Assembly (NCBI GenBank): GCA_964016885.1
Contig: OZ024742.1
Location: 206,522,001 to 206,586,000, forward strand
Direction of reading: 5' to 3'
DNA length: 64,000 bases
Source of the DNA: Eledone cirrhosa
Lineage: Eukaryota
How positions within the stretch are numbered: the first letter of the stretch is position 1; each line of letters opens with the position of its first letter. Made by a program: the position numbers and the translations under genes. The notes under the pieces were generated by a model. It saw only the letters and a program-made list of their open reading frames with translations, did not search any database and was not told the DNA's origin. Of this stretch, positions 14,004-28,912 are shown in pieces.

Positions 14004-14320
14004 ATGGACTAGATAGAGGTAATTATAAAGGTATTAAGTTGATGGACCAGGTCTATGAAAATAACAGAAAAAGTTATAGCACAGCTGATTAGGGTTGAGT
14101 TAACCTAGATCAGATGCAGTTCGAATTTGTGCCAGGTAAAAACTCCACAGATGCTTTCTTCCTTGTGAAGCATCTGTGGAGTTTTTACCTGGCACAAATT
14201 CGAACTGCATCTGATCTAGGTTAACTCAACCCTAATCAGCTGTGCTATAACTTTTTCTGTTATTTTCATAGACCTGGTCCATCAACTTAATACCTTTATA
14301 ATTACCTCTATCTAGTCCAT
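14004..14320. repeat. Perfect 153-bp inverted repeat of an RTE RT fragment, 11-bp spacer
   Basis: 14004-14156 is the reverse complement of 14168-14320; encodes RGNYKGIKLMDQV..QMQFEFVPGKNSTDA. Confidence 0.92.
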
Positions 14321-14494
14321 GATGTTGTGTGCTTGCATGGTGTTGACAGCTCTACACACCTCCTCATGGAACTCTTCCGCACTCACATCACTGTCTCCCT
14401 CGGTTGGACTATAGGCTGAGATGACTGTCAGCCTTGGTTTTCCATTGAAGGTCACCCTCAACACTCGCGGGGAGACAGATATTATTTCACACAT
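14321..14494 (-). pseudogene. LINE AP-endonuclease fragment (RTE-like)
   Basis: VSPRVLRVTFNGKPRLTVISAYSPTEG..EEFHEE. Confidence 0.75.
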
Positions 14495-15928
14495 ATATAT
14501 ATATCATTATTGTTATGTTTTTCCCAACAATTGAAATGAATAAAGTGTAAAGAACGACCAAAAATTACAAAATTTCATTTATATTTATATAGAGTTAAGA
14601 CTTTAGATTGTTCTGGAATATGCAAGATTGTCATACTCTGATTGGACAATAATAGATTCACCCAATTAGTGATACTTGTTCTAGTCTCAACCAATCCATT
14701 TTGCATGCCGAATATTCACACATCTGCCTCCTCCATTCCTGAGTGGATTATTTTACATTCGTAGAAAAGCAATGACTTAGTCTTCCTTGATAATTTGAAG
14801 GTCATGATTTCGATTCTCACCTGTGGATATTCTTAACACTGTTGGGCATATGATTGGAGATGTGGGTTTACTCTCAGAGGTAATATTTGTTTTCTTCGGT
14901 GAGTAGAATGTCAAAGTGTTTGGTTTGATCTTCGACTATTGTTTGTGACAGGTAGATTAAAGGTATCTAAAAGGAATTCCAGTGGAGGCTGCGACCCATG
15001 CTGAGATTGATGTAAAAGCCCACTTTTGCAATGCATGTTTAATATGTCTGGTCCAGACGTTTGTTCCAGCTTCGATGTAAAAAATCACATTTTCCCATTT
15101 GCGATGCTTGGCAATGTGCTATGTATTTCCATGAAGAGACATGTGAGGGCTTCATTCAAATGAACACCAGAAGGTGTGGGGACATAGGAAGCAAAGCATA
15201 ACGGTCTAGACCTGGCTGAGGTGGAGCTCCATGATAGGGCTTGCAACCATGCAAAATGGAGATCACTTGTTACCCTAGGAAGCAAAAGGAACAAGAAGTA
15301 GAATGTGTGTGTGTGTTTGTGTATGTTGATGGATAGCTTATATTTCCTTGGGACCTTACTTTATATCTCAATTGCCCCTCCCCATTCCTTTCTTAAGCTA
15401 TGTTCCCCTTACCATACCTGTGTGTCTACCTACCTCTTTACCCAACCATCTATATACTTTATCTACCCACCAACCTACCTATCTGCTTACCTACATATTT
15501 ACCTATCTATATTAACCTACTTAGCAACATATTCATCTGCCCTATCTAATGTTTGCCTGTCTCTCTCTCTCTCTTTTTCACAGTGCATATGCAGCTGTCT
15601 ATCAATATGACTGTCTATCCACCTGCCTGTCTGTCAATCGCTTCATTAAAATCTTGTATGAACTTACACACACATACACAATTATCATGATATACAAATT
15701 ATACCTTAATGTACATTATATCAGTGTACACAGAAATATTTATTCATAATTGTATTCTCTATATATTTGTACTAAAGAACGGAAATTAGCTCAACTGATT
15801 CTATTGTAGACATATCATATAGGTTTATTCAAGACTGTATTTTGGTGTGTTTTTTCTGTTTCCTTAGAATAAATGTTGTTTAAATTTTAGCAGATGTTTA
15901 TAATAGTTATATCACACGAATAATGATA

Positions 15929-16045
15929 ATTGTTTCTACTTTAGGCACAAGGCCAGCAAATACCCAGTGCATTACAGGTACTTTATTTTATCGACCCCGT
16001 AAGGATGAAAAGCAAAGTCAACCTCGGCGGGATTTGAACTCAGAA
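15929..16045 (-). mobile_element. SINE family A, 5' truncated
   Basis: Tail and central domain up to the B-box. Confidence 0.85.
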
Positions 16046-16959
16046 TGATGTGTATTTGTTGTAACAGGAAAGGTGTGGTTTTGTTAAATGTGAGATTAGT
16101 GATTGTTTGTGGAATTAGTCGTAAAGTCTTTCTTAACATTTTTACATGTTTTATTTACAACTAATTACAAAGAGTTAAGTTGAGTGGACATGTCAAAGTA
16201 AAGAACAAACATTGTTAAGAGTTGAGAAGTGAATGTCGCATTGTGCCAAAGCCTAACAAGGCCGACAGGCCAAAGTGAAATTCTCACCGTTTCATGACTG
16301 TGTTGACCTTTCAGAGTCCAAGCAGCAAGAGAGAGATTTATGAATCGCAGCAGGAATTTTTCCCTCTGAGCGGAAGTCGAGACACATTCTCCTACGCTGG
16401 TGGCGATTGGCTGAACTGAGCCAAACAACGCACGGAGAATGTATCCATGAGCCCTCGGAATATAGGTCATTACAAAATCATAAAGTAAATGTAATTTGAA
16501 ATTATATTTGAAACATATGAAACAGAAAAACATATGAGAAATTTAAATCAAATCAAATCAAACATATAAGAAAAAATAAGAAAGGCCAAGGGACACAATT
16601 TCATAAAAATGCCACCAATTGTTTGTTTCCAAAGAATAATTGTTTTTGACACGTCTTTTTTTTCTCTACTCCACTCACTGTACAATAATTATTGACCTTC
16701 TTTCTGAAAAAAAAAAAAATTCTATACTTATTCCAGAATAAGAAAGATCTAAGAATAAAGACTTTTAATGTGAACTTACCGATAAAAATATTGGTTTACT
16801 GAGCTTTTGTGGTTTCCATCCTTTAATAATAAAAAGGCTTTGTGTATAGTATGTGTGTATGTGTGTATGTGTGCATGTGCACACACACACACACAGACAC
16901 ACACATATATATATACATATATGTACATATATATATATATATAAATATATATACATATA

Positions 16960-16999
<40 letters not shown>

Positions 17000-17004
17000 T
17001 GTAC

Positions 17005-17064
<60 letters not shown>

Positions 17065-17065
17065 C

Positions 17066-17790
<725 letters not shown>

Positions 17791-17813
17791 TATATATATA
17801 TACATATATGTAC

Positions 17814-17906
<93 letters not shown>

Positions 17907-18021
17907 TTAGTTGAGCAAAACAAGACCACAAACTTCACAAGGAAGACATTATTAAAAGATTGTCAACATATTTTAGTTTGATGTAAGAAATGTAGAGAAT
18001 GATAATAATAATATTAATAAT

Positions 18022-18208
18022 AATTGTTTCTACTTTAGGCACAAGGCCAGCAATTATCCAGTACATTACTGGTACTTTATTTTATCGACCCCGTAAGGAT
18101 GAAAGGCAAAGTTAACCTTGGCGGGATTTGAACTCAGACCGTAAAGGGACGTAACTATGCTAGAAAGCATGGCGTCCAACCCGCTACCGATACTGCCAAT
18201 TCTCCGCC
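18022..18208 (-). mobile_element. SINE family A in the (AAT)n tract of the inverted pLTR
   Basis: Full-length copy flanked by TAATAATATTAATAAT. Confidence 0.9.
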
Positions 18209-18250
18209 TTAATAATATTAATAATATTAATAATATTAATAATAATAATG

Positions 18251-18376
18251 TCCGTTTACAATTGTTTCGCTAATCCATATAATATTTCTGGATCAGTTGA
18301 CTATATATCATAATTGATCTGGTTCAGTTGAAAATAATTAACATATTTAAAAAACAGAGTGGCTCATCGGAACTCA
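18251..18376 (-). ncRNA. Hammerhead with ~95-nt stem II (inverted pLTR copy)
   Basis: Reverse complement of the 18492 and 21808 motif. Confidence 0.65.
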
Positions 18377-18491
18377 AAGGAATAAAAATTAAAATAATGG
18401 GATAATGTTACATAATATAATGTTCCATATATTGGTTTTTACTATGGTGTCTTGGTTGCATCAGCTGTCAGCCATAATCAAGCAGTATTTA

Positions 18492-18613
18492 TTCCGATGA
18501 GCCACTCTGTTTTTTAAATAAGTTAATTATTTTCAACTGAACCAGATCAATTATGATATATATTCATCTGATCCAGAAATATTATATGGAGTAGCGAAAC
18601 AATTGTAAACGGA
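18492..18613 (+). ncRNA. Hammerhead with 95-nt stem II (5' pLTR)
   Basis: TT-CCGATGA-gccactc..[95 nt in total]..gagtagc-GAAA-CAATTG-TA-AACGGA. Confidence 0.68.
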
Positions 18614-18951
18614 CATTATTATTATTAATATTATTATTATTATTCTCTACATTCCTTACATCAAACTAAAATATGTTGACTTCCTTATGAAGTTTGTGGT
18701 CTTGTTTTGCTTAACTAATGAATATTTCCAGCTCTGCGCACCTAACTTCTGCATGAACCCAGCCACCTAGCTGCTTTCTACTGCATATTGCACATTGAGC
18801 ACATGCCTTTACGCTTTGGCTTCTAACTAACTCACCAATCTCTCCTCTCATATCTCCTCTACTATCTCCATCTCTCTCTTTAAGATTGGTTACTCTTGAA
18901 CTGTGTATACTTGAGCTCCCGTAGTTGAACTATTTACTGTTAGAAGTCACC

Positions 18952-21436
18952 ATGTTGAGCAAACAGGAACTCATAATCTCACTTATGTCCATACCTATCC
19001 CGGACAGAAAGACATAACTCAAACTCTTAATACAGCGTGTCAACTCCTTCATCCGAAGAATAAGATGGAAAGCGTACCACTTTGACCGTGCGGTTGCTGC
19101 TGACGCCGGAAGTACAGCAAATAGATATGGATTTGCCACATGCAAGAACCCTCCACACAACATCCTGCTGGACCATTTTGAGAAAGATCTATTCAACTTC
19201 GTCAGGAGCATTAAGTTCAAAAAGCATTATAGACACTACATTAACAACAACTATAAAAAAATGTTAAGATAGCAACCTCTTACATGTTATGTCTGACAAA
19301 ACCAAAAATCTATTCACCATGACTCGTGAAACTTACAACTCTTTCCTTCTGAAAGAACTAAATAAAACTATAAAAAAAACTAGACCCTCCAGTGTAAACG
19401 TACTTAACCGAAAAGCCCAGGCTTTGGTTAAGGACTTGCATTTGGATAGATTTACCCACCATTATGTACCAACAACCCCAAGGTTCTCTCTCAAGGACCA
19501 CAAGCCAAACTTTATAGAGAACCCATCCATTAGACTCATAAGCCCAACCACATCTTACCTGGGCCGCATCAGTAAGAACATCCTTGATAGGATAATCCCT
19601 GGGCTACGTGATGATACCACCTACAAGTTGTGGTCCAACACCGGCCAAGTCATCAGATGGTTCTCCGATCTAAGGTCCAAGCAATCTATGAGGTTCCTCC
19701 AATTTGATATAGACAGCTATTACGCGTCAATAACCCCGGAACTGCTCAACAAAGCACTAGCCCTAGCCACCACCAACTCGGACATAACCAATAATGAGAT
19801 TAACATTATACTTATGGCTAGGCAGACTATCATTGAATTCAACGGAGCACTCTGGACTAGAAAAGATAGAACAGACAACTTTGACATTACGATGGGCTCA
19901 AGTGACTCCGCGCAAATCATCGATTTAGTCGGGATTTACATATTACGTAACATCAGAGCCGAAATCCAACCCATGCAAGGCGGAATACAGGGACGACGCC
20001 CTATTTGCCGTCCACAATTGCACTAATCGGGGAATCGATTTGCTAAAGAAACAATTACACAGATTCTTCAAATATAACGGTCTCTCTATCACCATCGAAC
20101 TGAACCATAAAGTAGTAAACTTCCTAGACGTCACCCTTGATCTCAACAATAACCTTCATAACCCTTACCATAAACCAGGTGAAATACTCACATATATTAG
20201 CCCACACTCTAACCACCCACCGGCAGTCATCAGAGCAGTAATCAAATCTATCTCCTATAGGATATCAATGCTATCAGCAAATGAAGAGATATTTATAGAC
20301 CACGCACAATATTATAATAAGGCTTTCTCTGAATCTGGTTATAAACAATCAATTTATTACATACCTAAATGCCATAACACAGCAACTCACCATAATAAAC
20401 TTAACACTAGAACTAGAAATACCTTAGCATATAGCCAGATTCGCCGGAATTTTAGCAGTAACAGCACCTATACAGGGAACTATAATGATGGCAGCGGCCT
20501 GTTCCCCACTCCAAGTAGCAAACTAAAAATCAACCCTAGAATAGGAATGAGAAATGGGATGGCAAATAACAAATCCCCAGGTAATAATAACCCTAGGAAG
20601 GCCCCTACCAACTCCAATAGAACCCCTAGAAGGAATAGACCTAGAAATATCACCTGGCTTAACCCACCATTCTCATCTAATCTAGCCACTAATATCCCCA
20701 AACGCTTCTTCTCTATCCTATCCAAACACTTCCCCCCCAACCATAGATATTACAAACTCTTTAATAAAAATAACATTAAAATCTCATTCTCCACAACACC
20801 TAACCTAGCTAGCCACATCGCGTTCAGTAACCATCATAAGCTAAGACAGTATAACTCCCACACCGCGGTACCACCACCCCTATCAAATACACCACGCCAC
20901 TACACCAATAATTACTTTAGTAGCACACCTCCCCCATCTAATCCTTCTAGCACGGACTTACCGCTTAGGTTAAACAACCCTACTCTCACTAACCGGAAAA
21001 GCAACTGCAACTGCCGTTACCCCAATGCATGCCCATTAAATGGACACTGCCTGACACCCAATATAGTCTATAGGTGCACGGTTGAGACTGCTTCGAATAC
21101 CAGCTCTTATATCGGGTCTACCTCTAACCCTTTTAAGGTACGCTATAACGCGCACTCTTTTTCCTTCCGAGACCCTAGCAACAGATGTTCGACATCGTTA
21201 GCTAGGCTCATTAAAACCTTAAATTAAACAACGTTCAACACTCACTAAAATGGGATATCGTGGCTAGGGCCCAACCGTTCAATGGACGAAGAAAATCTTG
21301 TGATCTCTGTGTTACGGAAGCATATTACATAACTCTATCACGACCTCTACCGATTAACGATAGAACGGAGGTAACCATTAGCTGTCAACATCGAAGGGCT
21401 AATTCCTTCGCCAATAGAGTTTTTGACCCATCTTAG
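18952..21436 (+). pseudogene. Disrupted PLE RT + GIY-YIG ORF
   Basis: IRRIRWKAYHF, LKDHKPNF, RLISP, QFDIDSYY, MGSSDSAQIIDLVG, YRDD (frameshift just before), NFLDVTL, CNCRYPNACPL, IVYRC..SYIGST, CDLC. Confidence 0.93.
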
Positions 21437-21807
21437 TCATGTATCCCCATTTCTAATTGTAGCTAATAAGTTAAATTGCTATGAACAACTCGATAATTAT
21501 AAGTTACCTCCCCTACATAGTCTCTCAATTAAAACATTTAAAAACTAGCACTTAACTATAAATACTCACAATCTCTAATCTCTCGAGAAGTTACTTCCCC
21601 TGAAACCACCCTCTAATTAGTAGGGTAAATATGCCCTTTGGCAACCATCTTGTTACCCATAGGCAGATCTCACACAATACAGCCTCGACAGATGAATACT
21701 GCTTGATTATGGCTGACAGCTGATGCAACCAAGTCACCATAGTAAAAACCAATATATGGAACATTATATTATGTAACATTATCCCATTATTTTAATTTAT
21801 ATTCCTT

Positions 21808-21926
21808 TCAGTTCCGATGAGCCACTCTGTTTTTTAAATATGTTAATTATTTTCAACTGAACCAGATCAATTATGATATATAGTCATCTGATCCAGAAAT
21901 GGATTAGCGAAACAATTGTAAACGGA
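21808..21926 (+). ncRNA. Hammerhead with extended stem II (3' pLTR)
   Basis: TCAGTT-CCGATGA-gc..gc-GAAA-CAATTG-TA-AACGGA. Confidence 0.7.
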
Positions 21927-21936
21927 CATTATTATT

Positions 21937-22112
21937 GTGGATTGGCAGTATTGGGTCGGACGCCATGCTTTCCAGCATAGTTACGTCCCTTTACGATCTG
22001 AGTTCAAATCCCGCCGAGGTTGACTTTGCCTTTCATCCTTACGGGGTCGATAAAATAAAGTACCAGTAATGAACTGGGTAATTGCTAGCCTTGTGCCTAA
22101 AGTAGAAACAAT
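21937..22112 (+). mobile_element. SINE family A in the (ATT)n tract of the 3' pLTR
   Basis: Near full-length copy with a small head deletion. Confidence 0.9.
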
Positions 22113-22410
22113 TATTATTATTATTATTATTCTCTACATTCCTTACATCAAACTAAAATATGTTGACAATCTTTTAATAATATCTTCCTTGTGAAGTTTG
22201 TGGTCTTGTTTTGCTTAACTAATGAATATTTCCAGCTCTGCGCACCTAACTTCTGCATGACCCCAGCCACCTAGCTGCTTTCTAATGCATATTGCACATT
22301 GAGCACATACCTTTACGCTTTGGCTTCTAACTAACTCACCAATCTCTCCTCTCATATCTCCTCTACTATCTCCATCTCTCTCTTTAAGATTGGTTTCTCT
22401 TGAACTGTTT

Positions 22411-22826
<416 letters not shown>

Positions 22827-22899
22827 AAAATCAAGGTCTAGCAAATAGAGAAAAAGTTTTTAAATAAATTTTAAAAAATTCGCTGTACTTACTATATGT

Positions 22900-22981
22900 G
22901 CCTTTACCGCGGTTTCAAGTTCCAGAGTAAACGGATAATCCAAGCGGATTTCCATTGAGAAGGGGACCATTTTCAGAAGGC
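22900..22981 (-). ncRNA. Hammerhead-like motif with 53-nt stem II
   Basis: GCCTT-CTGAAAA-[53 nt]-GAAA-CCGCGG-TA-AAGGC; perfect stem I and palindromic stem III, but G8A is uncompensated. Confidence 0.62.
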
Positions 22982-23269
22982 TCTTCTCACTCGGAGAATA
23001 TAAAATTCCCGAGTTCAAATCACAAACTGACGCCATACAAAACCATTCCCAGATGAGAGTGGATGATAGAAGAAATAATTCTGTCTGGTGCCGTGTGCAA
23101 AGACAAAAGGCAGCGTGGACAGGACCTTGATTTTATATGTTGTGGCTTGTTAATTTATTAACCCGCCATAGAACCACATGCGCAAACTAAGCACACAACA
23201 CACGCACAAAAACAAGATGGTGTAGGACAGAACAAAGGAGAGGCACAAAAACAAAGAAAAGAATCCCCA

Positions 23270-23312
23270 GTCACTGAAGAGGTCACAGAATGTGTGACGA
23301 AAGAACTTTGAC
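23270..23312 (+). ncRNA. Minimal type I hammerhead
   Basis: GTCA-CTGAAGA-g gtcaca gaatg tgtgac-GAAA-GAAC-TT-TGAC. Confidence 0.75.
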
Positions 23313-23567
23313 AATATATAAACAATCATCTGGTTGTGGAACCAACCAACCAGAAATTTATAAATTTATAAATTTATAAATTTATTATAATAAATTGAAG
23401 TGAAAGCAACTGGTGCGTGTGTTTCTTATTGGCAACATGACCCTCCCAAAGTATAACAATATCGGTTTCAACACACGTTTTCAGATAAAGAATCTTGCTA
23501 AACAAATTCAGAAACGATATATATATATATATATATATATTTTTTATTTTTTTATTTTATAGAAGGA

Positions 23568-23665
23568 GCTTCTACAGGACTAGTACTGTTTCATTCAGAT
23601 GAAATCTTCAGGAAGCACTTCCTGAAGATTTCATCTGAATGAAACAGTACTAGTCCTGTAGAAGC
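23568..23665. ncRNA. Head-to-head hammerhead pair (23568-23616 minus; 23618-23665 plus)
   Basis: CTTC-CTGAAGA-tttca tc tgaat-GAAA-CAGTACTAGTCCTG-TA-GAAG on both strands; decayed relative at 7500-7595. Confidence 0.8.
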
Positions 23666-23752
23666 TCCTTCTATAAAATAAAAAAATTTTACTCTGCCAT
23701 GTATTGAGTACCTTACTTACTGTGGTTATTCCCGACTCAACCCGGGACCTAC

Positions 23753-24533
<781 letters not shown>

Positions 24534-24548
24534 CATACATATATGAAG

Positions 24549-24619
<71 letters not shown>

Positions 24620-24640
24620 CATACATATATATATATACAT

Positions 24641-24706
<66 letters not shown>

Positions 24707-24843
24707 AAATGTAATCTGAGTTTTTCGAATATTAATAATAACATTCGATTCGTTTGCAATTATACAAACAAGCCTCCATTTTATAGCCATGTCAGTAGAA
24801 TGAATCCTTCATTATTGCTCTTGTGTTGGCATGTGAACCGAAC

Positions 24844-24883
24844 TTCAGACACTAATGTTTCTGGGTATCACCCTTCATCAGTA
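24844..24883 (-). ncRNA. Hammerhead with stem I truncated by a TA tract
   Basis: CTGATGA-a gggt gat accc a-GAAA-CA ttag TG-TC. Confidence 0.55.
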
Positions 24884-24895
24884 TATATATATAAC

Positions 24896-26388
24896 ATCAA
24901 TAATATTAATAAATGGAAAATATCTTTATAAAATCATATTTATTTTATTATACATATTTCAAGGGTACCAATATTTTAGTACGCTTTCGTCAGATAAAAT
25001 ACAATATTTGTGACATATCTTCATATGAACTTTATGTTATAAGTTCATTGAAGATAGTGAATAAATTTTCAAAACTCAGGATAAATATGCTAATGAGGAT
25101 AAAGTTAAAACTGAAAAGGACCGTTAAGTTGAGACGTTTAGGTATATTTTAAATAATTATCTAAATTATTTTTTAAAAACGGTTTGCTATTAAAATTGAA
25201 AGAATTTTTAAAGTTAATTTAGGAATTTTTATAGAAATATGCATATATACATCCAAACATATTTACATGGATATAGAAAGAATGAAATAATTATATTTAT
25301 TTTTATTTATTTAATTTTATAATGTGGAAGTATTTATAATATTTAGGTGAGAACTATAAATTAATGAATTCAAATTGAGAACTATTAATTTAATATGTGA
25401 AAGATACCCTGTATTTATATATACGATTGGATGTATTTTACGGGTATATTTCAATATTATGAGTGCAGTTATAAATATAATGTATTGTAGTATAAGAGTT
25501 TAGTGTATAACGTTATTAAATAATTATTTAGTTCATAAATAATTATGCGTGTAATATAGATTTTGTTTACTTATGAAAGCGGGTAAGATATGTCGAACGA
25601 AGATATATATGTATTTTCTATATATAGCTTAAGAATGTGAAATAATTAGATTTTTGTAGAGAAGATGTATAATATTATGTATAATCTATTGTTGTATAAG
25701 ATTAGATATATAAATTTAAAATTAAACATTTATGTAAAATTTGAAAGTCTCGTATACGTGAAATGTAAACAAGTTTTTATTAAAGGAAAATATAACTCTT
25801 GTGTTTTGTAATTTAAAGAATGCAAATTATTTGAAGATATATTGTTTAACCTAATAATTAATTATAATTTATATTATATTATAATATGAGTAAAAATTCG
25901 TATATGATTTCAGAACACCATATAGTAAATATGGTCTAGATATTAATAAAAAGATAAATATTTCTATGTATAGATTTTGATAACAATAAGTATATCTATG
26001 TATTAATTTGATAATTGTTTCTACTTTTGGCACAAGGCCAGCAATTACCCAGTGCATTACTGGTACTTGATAATATTAAGTATTTGTGCCTAAAGTAGAA
26101 ACAATTAAGTATTTGTATGTATAAATTTAAGAACTTTTAAAGACAACCGAAGATATATATTGCACATAGGCAACTTATACAGACCATGTGCAGTATTTTC
26201 TATAAATTGTAAATATCGTGAAATGTTCTGGAGAATCGATGCTAACAATAATTAAACCAAACTATCTTTAAACCAAATATTGTAATTTATCTGACGAAAG
26301 TGTACTAAAATATTGGTACCCTTGAAATATGTATAATAAAATAAATATGGTTTTATAAAGATATTTTGCATTTATTAATATTATTGAT
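24896..26388. mobile_element. PLE-derived element with ~115-bp inverted hammerhead-bearing termini
   Basis: Arms 24896-25010 and 26274-26388; HHRs at 24941-25001 (minus) and 26283-26343 (plus) with CTGACGA core; same family as 2382. Confidence 0.78.
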
Positions 26389-26664
26389 ATTAATTATACT
26401 CCCGAAAAATTTGTTGAGTGCTTCTAACCTGTTATAAATGAACTTTGTTGAATAATCAACAAAACAAATAACTGATGGAGGACAGATTAGCGTTAGAAAC
26501 GTCGAGGCCCTCTTCCTGCTATTTCAAGCGTTAACCTAATATGTTCCTTTCGTATATTATACCGATTGTGTTGTTACTTCTGTTTAGCTTTTAAACACAC
26601 ACATACACGCGCGCGCGCGTATGTATATATATACATGGTAGCGTGGAAGATAGAGGTTAAACGA

Positions 26665-26750
<86 letters not shown>

Positions 26751-27180
26751 CGGATCTCTTTGGATTTGTACGTGTATTATATAGTTATAGAGGTGTGTAT
26801 TTACACTTTGAATGATATTTTTAATTATCGTGTGTCTACTCTGCCTTTCATAGGTTATAGACTCCATACACTGGTGGTTTTTCCCTGTTTTATTTAAAGA
26901 ATGCAAATTATTTGAAGATAGCTGTACTTAAACAAAAACAACTACAACCGATTGTCTTGCCTCAGAAAAATTCTATAGACTTTTGACTGGGGAATGTTCT
27001 CACAACTGACCAATGGAATGAGAGAGTGTCCTATGACGCCAAAATTCGTTTGTTCTAATTCATATGATTCTATTTCCTGAGAGAAATAACAACACAACCA
27101 GGAGCTAGACATATCGATGTATTGACGGAGTAAAACACACTTCAACAACATGTGTATCTGTCTTTCCCACACTAATTTGG

Positions 27181-27235
27181 ACTGCCTGAAGAGGTCACAG
27201 CCAATGATGGCTGTCACTGAAATATATATAGCAGT
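27181..27235 (+). ncRNA. Type I hammerhead ribozyme
   Basis: ACTGC-CTGAAGA-ggtcacagcca atga tggctgtcact-GAAA-TATATA-TA-GCAGT. Confidence 0.88.
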
Positions 27236-27286
27236 ATATCTATAATTTATAATAAACGAAGCCAAATTGTACCTATTTGACTTAAT

Positions 27287-27363
<77 letters not shown>

Positions 27364-27419
27364 CGGCGGACAACAGAGGCCATGTACTGTTCCTCTCCGA
27401 TAGATAACTTTCCCCCTCG

Positions 27420-27647
27420 GAAAACCCCCAGTTGATGGATGCGAAATCCAAAATATAGGGACAATTAAATCTCTCCCAAGGTAACTCTATCTCGTGTTAT
27501 TATTTTTATTTTTTACGCTCTTTCCTACGTTCCACTATACATCTCATTCTACATTTCCTCTTCACCATTCTACATCTCTCTCTTCACCACCGGATTCTGT
27601 TACCCGGAGATTTACCCATCTGCATTGTTTAGGCTTCCAAAACGACC
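27420..27647. repeat. Unclassified dispersed repeat, second copy at 54841-55085
   Basis: Shared AAAACCC(C)AGTTGATGGATG..CCCAAGGTAACT..GTTACCCGGAGATTTACCCAT; both copies adjoin TA tracts. Confidence 0.7.
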
Positions 27648-27696
27648 AAATCTTTTTTTCATGCTAGCGTGGATAGACGTTAAATGATGATGATAA

Positions 27697-27762
<66 letters not shown>

Positions 27763-28111
27763 ATGATAATAAATTTGAAGACTAAAATCCAAAGAGGGTT
27801 CCATAAGGATAAATATATATCAAATATATAAGAACCCAAGAGCAAATATTTATTAAAATAATCTGTTATTTTAATATATATATATATATATATCATCATC
27901 ATCAGGTTTAGCGTCCGTGTTCCACGCTTGCATGGGTTTGGCCGGGGGTTTTCCCACTTGAGGCAAGAGTGGTTGTCTTGCTCGCATAGGACTGTCTGTC
28001 GGGTTTTCTACAGCTGGATGCCCTTCCTAACACCAACCACATTTACAGTGTGGGGCTGGGAGGTTTTTACCGTGTTGCCTACACGGCCACATTACAGCGT
28101 GGACTGTCTGG

Positions 28112-28160
<49 letters not shown>

Positions 28161-28372
28161 TAAAAAAATAATGAATAAAACAATGAAACAGTTCCTTATA
28201 TTAAACAAAAAAAGTTCATTATTTAACGATCGTTTCTAGGATATATATGTGTTAGAATTGGCATGTATATTCAACAGATCTATGTACAAAATTATACAAA
28301 ATTATACAAACTATCAAAATTAAATATACATACCAACACATATATATGCCGTAAACTCTTGGTAGATTTATC

Positions 28373-28404
<32 letters not shown>

Positions 28405-28807
28405 GCGGCGATGAATTAGTTTAGCGAGGTTTTTTATATGAAATCGTGTGTCGAAACAGATATTGTTATACTTGAGGAGGGTCATATTTGCGTAATATTG
28501 CCAGAATTAATAACAGAACACACTCACTGTTTGGTTGGTTTTCGCTTCTCGCTGTCTTTTATATCTGCGATCTAACTTATTAATTTCACACTTTATAGAA
28601 GAGCAAAAATAATGTTTCAATGCATTGGATATTAGTCCATCATGAGGAAAAAGTAAAATTTGGAAAGAGAGGGGAGATTTTTTTCTTTATTCAATTAATG
28701 CTAATAAACTAGAGCAGTGGTTCCAAACTTATTTTATTGTAGAATCCTTATATGATTTCTTTAAAAATTACCAAACCGAAATCTATATTTTAGGGTTAAT
28801 CTTCAAC

Positions 28808-28912
28808 CCGTCGAGGTTAACTTTGCCTTTCATCCTTACGGGGTCGATAAAATAAAGTACCAGTAATGTACTGGGTAACTGCCGGCCTTGTGCCAAAAGT
28901 AGAAACAATTAT
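28808..28912 (+). mobile_element. SINE family A, 3' part
   Basis: Central domain and tail. Confidence 0.85.

Larger units (their letters stand above)
17901..22410 (+). mobile_element. Penelope-like element (CxCx5C, Hydra-clade-like) with inverted plus direct pLTRs
   Basis: Inverted pLTR 17901-18490, direct pLTR 18492-18908, ORF, 3' pLTR ~21695-22410; (TA)n on both sides. Confidence 0.92.

Noticed and set aside
14570-15294. Complex sequence possibly from a transposase or recombinase
   Set aside because: No motif I could identify; multiple stops; needs BLASTX
16165-16533. 122-aa ORF in a locally GC-richer segment
   Set aside because: No recognisable domain or splice context
28714-28735. CAGTGGTTCCAAACTT hAT-like terminal repeat
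   Set aside because: No matching second terminus or 8-bp TSD located
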